Source: Dimorphilus gyrociliatus
Taxonomy: Eukaryota > Animalia > Annelida
DNA length: 64,000 nucleotides
Direction of reading: 5' to 3'
Assembly: GCA_904063045.1 (NCBI GenBank)
Contig: CAJFCJ010000012.1
Location: forward strand, 2,289,180-2,353,179
The number at the start of each line of letters is the position of its first letter. The stretch's first letter is position 1. Below the pieces are notes generated by a model that saw only the letters and a list, made by a program, of their open reading frames with translations, did no database searches and had not been told where the DNA came from. Of this stretch, positions 13,861-26,663 are shown one piece after another. The position numbers were made by a program, and so were the translations under genes.

Positions 13861-15976
13861 ATGATGGAAAAAGTTTTACTTTTATTTGTTTTTGTTGTAT
13901 CATTTTCCTATGGACTTGGTTTGATAAATTACGCTTGTTCCGATGATACAACCTGTCCAAACCAAGCTACATGTAGTAAAGAGGGTTATGAAAGTTGCGA
14001 TAAAGGAAAATGTAAATGTCCCACTGGCCATATCTACACTGGAGGCATTTGCAAAAGAAAACTAGCGTACAATGAGGATTGTAGCGATACTGCTAAAACA
14101 TACTGTGATCCAGCATCATTTCGATGTCTTTCATCTAAATGCGCATGCATTTCGTCGCTGTACGAAATTGATCCGTCTGATAATACAAAATGCGTCAGAA
14201 AGGATCGAAAGAATATTGGAGAAACTTGCACATCGAACACAGTGTGCAGGTATGGAAGTAAGTAAAAAAAAAAGGACTTTATAATAATACATTCTTTTAC
14301 ATCCGGCCTGTTTATCATGTTTGTCTTTTTCATATAAAAAGACGGTAAAACTTATGCTACGTGCGATTCATCAACGAAAAAGTGTACCTGTGGAATTTAC
14401 AAAGCAAATTCAAATAGCGAATGCGTTAAAAGTAAAACAGACTATTTTTAATTTCTTAAAATATGCTTTAAAACGTTATGTGTTGATTGTTATTTTTAGG
14501 AAATTACGATGAAACTTGTAGCAGCTCTCTTGCATGTCTTACTGGAGTGTGTACAGGAGGCAGATGCAGTTGTTTAACCACTTCTAAATGGGATGCTTCA
14601 AAGTCACAATGCTCATTTTGTAAATACTAATTAAGTTGTCTTTTGAATTAATAATTCAAGTTTATCTCTGTTAAGATCAATACAACGATGATTGCTCATC
14701 TGGCAAAGTTTGTGATCTAAGCAAGGGTCTAGTATGCACTTCTAACACTTGCAAATGTCCTTCAAACAAAAAATGGGATTCTTCTAATTCGAGATGCATT
14801 TATTGTAAGTTTTTCAACTGGATTACAAACAATCAAATTCATATATCTTTTTGTAATAATATAGATCAGCACCAAGATGACTGTACATCTCCCAAAATTT
14901 GTGATTCAACTATGGGTTTAATATGTACGAATAAAGTATGTTCTTGTCCTGCATCAAAACCAAAATGGGATTCTTCTAACTCCAGATGCGAATATCGTAA
15001 ATAATATTAAATATATCATAGATAATATAAAACTATTATATTAAAAACTTTTTAGGAAGTTACGGAGAGGCTTGCACTTCGATCATATTATGTAAAAGTG
15101 GCTTATCTTGTCTACCTGATGGTACCTGCGGGTGTAGTTCCGCCTCGAAAATGGTTTGGGATTCGTCACTTTCCCTTTGCAGATTCTGTAAGTAAACTTC
15201 CTTTTGATGTTCTCTCTTATTAGAATAGGTAAATTCAATTAATATCAATTTGTTATTATTATTAATTATTATATAGACTGGCACGGAGAATCTTGCGACA
15301 CAAACAAAAAATGTGATCTTAATAAAGGTTTAGGTTGTAACTCTGGAACGAATAAATGCGACTGTTCGGCTGGTAAGAGAATGTGGGATGCCGCAGAGAA
15401 AAGTTGTAGAAGAGGTAAGAGGATATCAACTATAATATTTATTTATTCATTCATTCTCTTCCTTTCTATCTCTTAATAGCCAGGTGGAGAGAAAGTTGCG
15501 AAACGGCTGATTGTGAATCTTCAATAAACTTGATATGTACTAATAAAAAGTGCGAATGTCGGACCAATTACAATGGTCATGCTTCTGTCCGTATCTCCTA
15601 TTGGGATGGCGTTTCCGCTAAAACTGTTCAATCTTCTACCTCTTCAAACGTCTGTGTATATAAGGACTCTGTATTGAATGTGAAAGATGGACAAGAATGC
15701 AATTACCAGTCAAATTTTTTAAGTTTAAGTTTAAAATTATGCGATACTGGTCTAACCTGCAAAGTAAACGCCTGTCCAAAAACGACTACCTTAATGAAAA
15801 GCGTCTGCGTCAAAGGTTCGTACAATAATTGATCTTTTAACAATATAAAAGTAATATTAAAGTCAAATTTTTCCTATTCATTTCCAGATCCAAGTAAAAG
15901 TTCTGCAAACTCTTTACAGTTGAATGCTATCATTATTTTCATTTCTTCTCTATTCTATTTTTTATATATTCATTGA
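13861..15976 (+). CDS. Secreted Cys-rich EB-module-like repeat protein, probable GPI anchor
   Basis: Signal peptide MMEKVLLLFVFVVSFSYG. About 9 exons, mostly one 6-Cys repeat each (C..C..C..CxC..WD..C) with phase-1 introns. C-terminus SSA + hydrophobic tail (NAIIIFISSLFYFLYIH*). Confidence 0.85.
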
Positions 15977-18604
15977 GTATTTAAACAATACTGATTGAAA
16001 AATATGTGGAAATTTCCAATTTACTTGTTAAAAGAAATAAGAAGATTAAATATCTAATCAACAGGAAGATCTTTTCTTCAATATACTAATTTACATATAT
16101 ATAGAAGTTTTATATATCTTTCACATCTACACAGTAAAAAACACTATCATTTAGGGATTTATTGCTTTTTTAAAAAGAAATAATCTAAAATAAACGATTG
16201 ATTTTAAGTTAAAACTTTGTTATTTTATACTTTTATCGTTCTGTCGCTCTTTCCTCTTTTCCAATCGCTATTAATATATTCCTTTTCTTCATTGTTAGGT
16301 TTTATTCTAGTCTACTGTAATATTAAGTTATTATTTGACTCACTTTAAGGATTTTCATACGAATGACTATTTAAAAATATATTGAAAAAATCGGTAAAGT
16401 ATCGGTCAATATTAAATATTCAAATTGATGATTCAGTACATATATATTGTATATACTTTTTATTTTTTACTCTTATTAACTAGAGAACAAAAGAAAGCTC
16501 AATTGGTTAACCTTTACTATAGAATTTTAATATTAAAATCCTTTATTTTAAGTGAGAGAAAGAGAGATCGTACTTGTATCATAAAAAAATAAGAGTTACA
16601 ATAAATTGATAATGTTGGAAGGGAATAAGAAAGATTAATTAACATTTATATCCTATTTCGTACTAATACGATAGCTAATGATACTCATTTTTTGGTACAA
16701 TTCTATCTACTATTCCATCTTTATTTGAATCTTATCTCTCTTTCCAATAGATTTAAAATTCTGTTATCATTCCTTACTTTAAAACTTCATTTAAATATTT
16801 CAATTCTCTCTTCTTCATTTCTCTTTCGACAGTCCTGTTTATTGTCAATTCATAAATTATTATTACGATTTATTGCTGTTAGTTATGAATGCATGCAAAG
16901 GAGATTACAACAGAAAAATTTCAAATATTAATTTATCTCTTCTTTTGACAGGTTATATTTTCTTTTTCGAATCAATCCATCTTCTACAGTGACATTGAAG
17001 AGAGAATTTGTAAAAAAAATAACATTATATATTATTAACAACTTCGTCTTTTTAATCAGTCATCATAGTCACAATGTATTTCAAGGATACAGTTTAATTT
17101 ATTAGTGTTGTACATATATGCCACATCCCATCAGTAAAATTGCTCATTATGCCAGAATTGGATAACCTACTTACCCGGACGTAACTAGGTGTTAACTTTA
17201 ACAGTCAAAAATGATAGTTATCCTGAAGTGTTATATCTCTAATAGAAACAATATAACATAAACACCTTATACAGTGTAAACATTACATATCGTATTAGCC
17301 GCGGTAAAGAACATATACAATTAATAAAATAGCCAGCGAAGAGAGATGTGCATCTGATAGAGTTATCAAAATAGCTACTGTGGAAGAGACTACTCGTCAA
17401 GGCGAAGATCTTGCTTTAAAGCACGTCTTTGCTTCAATTCTGCTTGTTACAGTCATAAATCGTGTGATAATGTTGAAATGGGCAATTTCATAAATGGGAT
17501 CTACCATGTATAAAGTGAAAGAAAGAGAGAGAGAAGAAATACTTAAAATATTATATAAAGTATGATCAAAAATCTCTTTATCTCTGTAATATTCTTAATC
17601 AAGGTTAAAGTAGACAACAATAGCAGACTGTGGAAAATTTTTCTCGAGGATTTTTACAGAAAGAAGTGACCTTGATAAGAATTACGTATGACGACTTTAA
17701 ACTTGATTTTGATTATAATAGAAAAAAAATATCATTAACATCGGAAAGCTTATTTCTACTTTCTTCAATATTATATTAATTACAATAAGAAATATTATAA
17801 AGAATATTAAGCATATTGCATATAGAAAAAAAGAAGAACTCGCACAAATATCACAGACATCTATTGTTATCAGTAACTATTGACTAAATTAATCATTGAG
17901 ATAGTCAACTGTTATATTTTTATCACACTTAAAATCGACTATGCAAGTAAAACTTCACTGGTAGCATTACTTGTTGGGAATTTAGTAATCAATCTTGTCT
18001 TAAGCAATACTAAACTAATTGAATTTATCCATTAATATAATAAGATAGGTAGAGAACCTAATACAATTCAAGAATTCGTGACATAACATATTAAAATTAG
18101 ATAATTCATCTTATCTTTGAGCCCGTTGACTGAATTATTAAACTTTAGAATGTGAATATAGATAAACTAATCTATATTTCTTTTTCTATTCCCTTCTCTC
18201 TTCCACAAAAATGAGATGAGCTATTTGTAATAGATATTATAGAATTAAGCATTGAATCATCATCATCATGGTGATACTCCTATGATTTTATGTTCAAATT
18301 GATATTTTTATCAAAATTCTTTACAGTTGTAAAAATCTTGAATTGTTATATTTTGGAATTCAGTGAATTGTCTCATCGACGTTTAAGGGGACTCGATCAA
18401 ATTTCAATTTTTATAGTTTTATTATTGAAGATTATAAGATATTAATCTTTTCCATCCTCACTGCTGCAGTCACTTTAGAGTATTTTTTCATATAAAAGCT
18501 TTGAATTTTTCAATCTCTACTCCCATCTTTTTCCGCCTCTCCTCCTTCTCCTTCTCCTCCTCCTCCCTCTTCCCTCTCCATCATCCCTACAACGGATTAA
18601 AATA

Positions 18605-21452
18605 ATGAAAATATTATTATTTTTCATTGGTTTGTTTTTTTTTAAAAAAAACAAAAATAAAATAAATTTTATTGATAAAATTCAATGAATGCTTCTTTTG
18701 TTCTTTTATTCCAGTGAATATTTGTTTACTTTTTCCGATAAACTGCGAAACGGGTTTACCAAAAAATCATGCTGTAAATATTAGAGATTCTACAGTGGTC
18801 AATTGTTCTGGAATATCTTCAGATACTCACACTATACTAAGATGGATGTTCTATCAAACTCAAACGTTTGATATACATCATATTGCAACTAATGGAAATG
18901 TTGAAGACGATTGGAAAAATGATTTTCAAATTGAAGATGGAAATTTGCTAAAAATCCTTTCAGTTGATAAAAAAACAGCTGGATTATACGAATGTTCTGG
19001 TTATAGAAACAATACGGATTTAGAGTATCATTTAGCATTTATACATGCTATAGGTATATTATTTCTCTTTTATTTTCTTTTATTTAAATAGTCCATCGTA
19101 TATTATTATGATAGATCCTCAACCATCGTGTGCAGAATCAGCAGTTGTTATTAACCCTGAATTTCCTAGTAATTCTAAAATTGCTTATTGCTATTCCAAC
19201 TATACTGCTAGATGGCCACCTATCGTTAAAACAAATCCGAGTATTGGACAATTATTTAGATCTGTAGCCTATCAAGAAGGTGAAGTTGGAAGACCAGAAA
19301 TTGAATTTACCGTTGGATCTTGTGCAATCATTAATAAAGATGCTAGTTTCAATTGTTCGATGAATTACGGTGCTCCTCCAAGTTACACTATCATTAGCGA
19401 AAATACCGATACCAGTAGCATGCAACTAACTACTCAATGTAGTTCTTCGGGCATCAATGATGATAATGGTAATAAAAATTTCTAATATTTTCTTTAAAAA
19501 ACAAAAAGTCATTCAATTTTCAATTTTCATCGTTTAACAGTACCTCAATGGTTAAAAGAGAAATGTCGATTTGGCCTACTGCCAGATAATTATCGAAAAA
19601 GACCAAAAAATACAGCAGTCCTTAAAGGTACCAATAAACAAATCTTCTTTACATTTAATAAGATAATGCTGTTTTCCCTTCCACCCACCCACTCTTTATA
19701 GACTCTTCAACAATTTTGAACTGTTCAGCAATTTCAGCCGATGATTATTCAAGAGCTAGTTGGACACTTTCAAAAAGCCAGAAAGATGAAAACATTATCG
19801 TCGCTGAGAATTTCAATATTGAACCACCAGTTAGTGATTTATATAAAATAAGTGGATTTGGCACTTATAATTTAGAGATAGTAAAAGTGAATGAAGAGAC
19901 TTCAGGTGTTTATCAATGCTATGGATACAATTCATCCAATAGTTTTGAAAATTATTATAAAGCTTTCGTTTCGACGATGAGTAAGATATTTTTTCCTCTT
20001 GTTTCGCTTCTTCATCATCATGTTTGCTTTGTTTTAATTTAGGTAAACCATTTTGTTTGAAAACAACACATCCAGCTCTACCTACTTCCTCAAGAATGGC
20101 TTTTTGCCATGTTCAATATGCCAGTAGCTGGCCACCAAATATGAAAGTTGGAACAATTGATAACTCTTTAAATATGCGCTCCTATACAGAAAAGAATACT
20201 AGCGATTATTTTAAAGTTGGTCAATGCGGCATCTTAGCAAACGCCCAATCGAGTTTCAATTGTACAGTAAATTTTCCAGCTCCTCCAGAATCTATTCTAT
20301 TAGATGAATCGTATGATAATTCAAGTCCAGATTTCAGTGAAACGTGCTTCGATATTGAGATGCCGTTGTCGGAAGGTTCGATTAATCTTATCATTTAATG
20401 AAGCAAAACAAAACAAATTTCATGATTGATCGATTGTTTTCTATTCAGTTCCAAAATGGCTTCTTGACAAATGCGAAGACGCTTTCCGACTCACAACTCT
20501 ACCACCTTCAACAGTTCCACCAACAACGAAAAAACCAAGACCTTCCACTGGTGCCCCAAAAAACATTGCTACAGAACCTGGATCACCAGCTTTCGCCGAT
20601 TGCACGACAATAGATGAAACCTTTGAAGTACGCTCGTGGTTTTTCGTACAAAGTCAAGCCCCTGCCAGCTTTGCTATTTCGACCAATATGGTTGTTGTTG
20701 AAGGATTAAGGCCCCATTTCGAATTTCCAGACCAAAATGAGTATAAATTACGTATAAAATCAGTATCTGAAATGACATCTGGACTATACGATTGCTCTGG
20801 AATGAAACAAGTTGGAGGCGATCTACACTTTGAATATTATACAGCATTTTTAAATGTTTTAGACGAACCTAAATGTTCGCAGGATGTCCATACTGCAATT
20901 GTTGACGATAAGAAACTAATCTACTGTTCAGTTAAATACGCTGCCGATTGGATACCAACAATTAATGTAACTGTGGCAGGAGTGAGAATTCCAGCTAAAG
21001 TATGGAATAAATTTGCATTCTCTCTAGCTCCTGTTTACTCAGAAGCGGGCTCGTGTACTATGATTGATAAAAGTGCTAATAGTAAGTTTATAGTTGTCAA
21101 TTGTCCATTTAAAGAATTAATTACTATATATCTTTTAGATTATGGATGTGTTGTAAAGTTTGATTCACCACCAAGCGAAATTATATTTGACGATTACTAC
21201 GATAAAGATGCCCCTGATATGACAAGAAGTTGCGATGGACAAAGCGATTTGAATACAATATCCCAATGGCTTAAAGAAGAATGTTTAAAAGAATACGGCC
21301 TTTCGACGTTAAATCCTCCCACTTCACAACCTACAACTAAAACAACAATAATACCTTCAACTACACCTTCTCAAGGCCACGCAACTGCAATCCAGCTAAA
21401 ATCAACCATTATATTTTCTATACTTTCTCTTACTTATAATTTTTATATTTAA
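18605..21452 (+). CDS. Ig-superfamily surface protein with three tandem (Ig + Cys-domain + W/C linker) units, probable GPI anchor
   Basis: Exons 18605-18629, 18715-19053, 19115-19468, 19541-19627, 19702-19980, 20043-20375, 20449-21452 are all in frame. Signal MKILLFFIVNICLLFPINC. Ig motifs C..W..L.I..V....GxYxC occur three times. Thr/Pro stalk and hydrophobic C-terminal tail. Confidence 0.85.
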
Positions 21453-21663
21453 TTTTGTTTATTGAAATTTCAAAAATATCAAAGTAACACTTTTAAGCAT
21501 CTTTTGTTTATTTATATTGTAAAACTACTATATATAGAGAGCGAGAGAGAGAGAGAGATAGACAGACAGAGATAGTAACAAAGAGATATAATCATATATT
21601 AATATTATTTATCAAGTGGCTTATCAAGTTCTTTTAACGTTTTTGTGAGAAATAACTTCAAGA

Positions 21664-24600
21664 CTAATTTTTCAAAATAAACCAAAATACTGAAAGAGCG
21701 TATACTAGTAAATAGTTTAAGTTAAGATGATTTGCCAGTATACTGGCTGTTGAATAGAGCATATTTCCCGGAGGTAATGTTGGACTGTTACAAAAGGAGG
21801 CTGTACAACAGATTAGACAATTAGCCTCTTCGAATCTTTGCCATAGTTGTAGAATTGAATCCGAATGCGGTTCCATATCTTCTTGGGCAACAGTAGGTTT
21901 ATCGCTACATAGAATTAAAGAAAAACATTATAGTCGTTTTTACTGCTTTCCTCTTAGTATATCATATACGTACTTATTTACAATATCGATAAGAAATTTA
22001 TACATGTTCTTACACAATTCAGTCTGACGTTGTGTACATTCACCGGCTTTGGCGCATCTCTTCTCGACTACGCTTTCCAATGGTGATTTATTGAACCTGT
22101 AAAGACAGCCAGGACTACCCAATTCACATTGAAGAGACGGACCTCGACAACTTAGTCTATTTTGTAAAATATCCATATCTGAAGTAAACTTCTTAACGCA
22201 AACTGTACAACTTAATTCTGAAATGAATTGATCTAATTAGATGTTTGTTAAAAAATCTATTTTATAAAGTTTACTTGGACATTTATTGTCTGAACAGAAT
22301 TTATGCTCGTATTGAAGAATCTCATTTGTAACTACACTCGGTTGAACTGTTACTCCGCTCTCTGGCAAATTATCTTCAGTTTGCATAGTACAAACTCGTT
22401 TTCTTGAATGAATTCCCATACCACAACTTTCGCTACATTTACTCCATTTCTCAAAGTCCTTGCATGTCATAGTACTTTGACAGGGTTTCATCTGACAAGT
22501 TTCGTATTCGCTTGAAGATCCTTCGCAATCCTTACCTCCCCACTGAGGCTTTGGGGTATCGCAATATCTTCTTTTATACCTAACACCTGGCCCACAGGTT
22601 TTGTGGCAATTAGACCAACTTCCCCAAAGAGACCAACCACCATCAAATGGTTGTCCACACTCTACCTCTTTACAAATTTCAAAAATTTCGCCTGCTCCCT
22701 CACAATCAGCACCATTAATTGGCGTAGGATTATCGCATTTTCTTATTCTCTTTCTCTGCCCCGTACTGCACGACACACTACAGCGTGACCATTCTTTCCA
22801 AAGACCCCATTTGCCATCTCTTGTAGAGCAGGCTCCTTTTTCACATTTGATAACTTCACTTGCAGAACCTGCACACTTTTTACCTCCATGAACCGGTCTA
22901 GGATTGTTGCATTCCCTCCTCCTTGTTTGAACTCCTAGACCACAGTCAACAGAACAGTCAGCCCAAGCTCCCCAACCACCCCATTGACCATCAGTAACAA
23001 CTAATGTTAAAAAAAACGAAATTCTATAGTAAAATATTATTCATTTTGTTATTCTCTTACCAAATTGGCAATTTTTGCCAACAAATGGTGGAACACATTT
23101 ACAGGTGTAAAATCCGATTTCATTAATACAAGCTGCTTCGTTCTTGCACGGTTCAGATAAACATTCGTCAATTTCTGTTTCACAGACTGCTCCTGTAAAA
23201 CCCGCTGAGCAAAGACAAGTATAAGATCCAACTGTAGATTCCAGGCATGATGCTCCATTTTTACACGGTAAAGAAGCGCACTCTTCAATTTCTATATTAA
23301 AAAAATTTGTAAGAAAACATTTCAAATTATGAAAATTTAACCTCTTTCGCAAATTTCTCCTCCATAGCCAGAGGCACATTCGCAAGTCCAACTATTCACG
23401 CCATCCTTACAAGATCCGCCGTTTTTACAATTATTTACAACGCAATCGTTTATATCTATTGATAATAGTAAATGAATATAAAGATGTTATGAAAGAGAGA
23501 AAGAGTATCGAAAGATAACCGACTTTCTTGGCAGTCTGTCCCAGTGTATCCTTCCTGACATATACACGTGTAAGAATTTATACCGTCTAAACAAGTTGCT
23601 TGGTGTTTACAAGGCTTTGCGGAGCAATCGTCCACGTCTAGTGAATGATGCATTAGGCGAAAAGAAAAGAAAATACTAACAATTAAGCTTACTTATTTCA
23701 CATCTCTTTCCATGTAGACCATCGTCACAAATACAGGAATAATCGTCGAAAGTATTCTCCTGGCAAGTTCCTCCATTTACGCAAGGATTACTTCCACACT
23801 CCGAAAAATCTAATGATAATTTACAAAAGCTCTAAATTAATGCTTATATTGTATTTGATTTTTACCTTCATCACAATTCTTTCCAGTCCATCCACTTTCG
23901 CAATAGCATTTGTAATCAGCGTGTAAATCAGTACAATTGATAGCATTTATACAAGGATTCGACTGGCATTCGTCCTGTGCTGAAGATTGAAGGGCTTTAT
24001 TACGGTATTATATTTTATTAAATCAATACCTATATGGCAATTTGTTCCTATTGAACCTTTCCGACATTTACATTCATAATAATTATCACGGTTCAAACAT
24101 GATCCTCCATTCTTGCACGGAGAGGATACGCACTCGTCAATATCTGGATAGAAATGATTGTATAAGAATAAATATAATACTAATCAAATCTTATAATAAA
24201 TATAAACCTATTTCGCAAGCTTCTCCAATAAAACCAGGCTTACAAACGCATTCATATTTACCCTCCAAGTTCAAACATTCACTTGCTCCTGATGAACAAG
24301 GAGAAGATAGACATTCGTTTATGTCAAATTCGCATATTTTCCCCTTGTAACCAGCCGTACAATTACAGTAATACGACATATCTTGATCAATACACGTTCC
24401 ATTCCAACATGGATTCGAGTCACATTGATTTAAATCAACGACGCCTTTATTAAGTTCTTCACATAACAGAGGTCCTACTGAAAATTCAACTCTTTCAAAA
24501 CTACTTCCTGTATCTCCACCGTGAACCATTCTAATTGGTATTTTTTCGTTATCAGTAAACACTCCTAAATCTTCCGACCAAAAATTTAAATTTCGACATG

Positions 24601-26663
24601 AACATCCTCCAGTTTGGGGTGAATAACAAGATTCACTAAAGATACAATTTGCACAATACGGATTAAAAGTGGGATCCGTGAACAGAACAGTCTCAAAATC
24701 TTGGAAAGTCATTTTCCAATAAGTTGGAGTAACTCCTTTACATTTGAATGTAAATTTTTGAGAACATTTGTAGGAATGAGCTTTCAATTCATCTATTTGT
24801 AATTTAGTAACAGGATAATAATGATAGACTTGACGGTAGGCAAATTTTGTCTCAATGGATCTAAATTCCGAAAAATCCTTAGCAAAATGAGGTTCTATTA
24901 TAGATACAGTCTTATTAGGATGTGAGAAATCACAAAAAACTCCCACAGGTGTAGAACATTCTTTAAGATAGTAATTAATCTTTTGGCTAAATCCTTCATC
25001 TTTGTCAATTATCTGAACAAGTTCGTGGTGAATAAAACAAATGAATGGTTCAAACATCCAAGATACAGCCTTACAATCGGGATCTTGTAGACATTTATTA
25101 CCGCAATCTTCTTCAGTTGATACTCCTACTGTAAAGACAGTAGTGATATTTTCCATTTGGGAGATATTTCTAGCTATTAGATTCATTCTACATCCTCGAG
25201 TTGTGTTATATAAATCCAAGTCATAAACTCCTGAAATGTTAAAATTCAACTCTCTTAACTTGCCACAAGAAGTAGATTCTCCATTCTCACAAAATTCCCC
25301 AGAATATATGCCAAATGAATCGCATGTACAAGTATATTTTTTTACATTTTGTCCCATTAATCCTGTATTAACACAAGTCCCTCCATTTTTACAAGGTTTA
25401 TCCAAATCGCAATAATCTGTAAGTATGTGACAATTTACTCCAGAATAATCTGGATCGCAGGCACATTCGTATGTCGAGGATAGCCCATCACTGGTACAGG
25501 TACCATTATTTTCGCATGGAGATAATCTACAAGCGTCGTAATCTGTAAGCGTTTTATAAAGAGCACAAAATATTATTATCTATTTATGTTTAATAAGCAA
25601 TTTAACGTTCTTATACGTACAATCGCAACCTCCCAGTTCTACTCTCATGCAGATATCGCCATTCCATGTCAAAGGTATTATTCTAACGAATCTTCCAAAT
25701 TCTAAAACTCTTTCTCCAACTATTGTAACAGAATCAGAATTACCGACAAGGCTACTATCTTGCCCTGGAAACCACTCAACTCCGTCGTAGCTAACTTCTA
25801 ATCTATAAGTTTTCACATAACTACTCGATCCCGCTAAGCCCCTAGTTGCTATTCCAACCACGGCAACATCTTTTCCCATATCGATCTGGAGATATTGATA
25901 TTGGTCGTTTACCTCGGCACACCATGCGAATGATGAAGATAACGTAGCCGAATGCGCACTATAGACAGTAGTACCCACTGTCTTTGTGGAGTTGGCCGAA
26001 AATGACGCCATTGCCAAGTTATGAACGAGTGGATCTTTGCACGAATAACGCAAGTCTTTGCACATTGGTATATGATCGCAAAAACCCCAACCGAATCCTT
26101 GAGTCCAACACCAAGGGGTGTTATCTAAATCTGGATTACGACACCTACTCCCAGCTTCAGTTGCTGATGATTCGAAAAATGTAAAAGCAGAAGTATACGA
26201 TGACCATTGGCTGCATTTAACGCCATTGTTAGTATAATCAATATCTCCTCTGTATCCCGCTCCCACTTCCATTAATCTGCATTCAGGGAAAGAGCAATAT
26301 CCCCACAAATTATCATCATTTAAGTTAGGAACGACTGCACACCATGGTACATCACCATTTGTATCACAACCAAACCATACTTTATTATCTTCAACAAAAG
26401 GGAAATGGCAATTAGCCCCTCCACCAGTTCCTTGGTCAACAGGAGACCATCCACCATTTATACTAATAGCATCATGAGTTATAATATCTGTGTCTTTGAT
26501 TTAATAAAGAAAAAAAACGATCTCTATAAAGGTAATATAAGGAAGGCAATATATGATAAATAAAGAAAAGGGTATACTTACTACTGCAAAGGCTTTGATA
26601 GTTTAAGAAGAAAATTACAATGAAAAAGGGTAGAAAGTGTTTAATAAAACTGAATTTGAGCAT
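21664..26663 (-). CDS. Large mosaic extracellular protein: SP-FN2-kringle-F5/8C-EGFx2-FReD(Caspr-like, PAN inserted)-EGFx8-TSP1x4-Ly6/uPAR-GPI-like tail
   Basis: FN2 (CHFPF..WCA..WGYC), kringle (YRG..C..W..CRNPD..PWC), F5/8C (AWC..YLQID..RIIP..W...CMRVEL.GC), EGF (C..PC.NGG.C), TSP1 (W..WS.CS..CG.G...R.R.C), terminal CC...CN plus hydrophobic tail. Confidence 0.88.
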
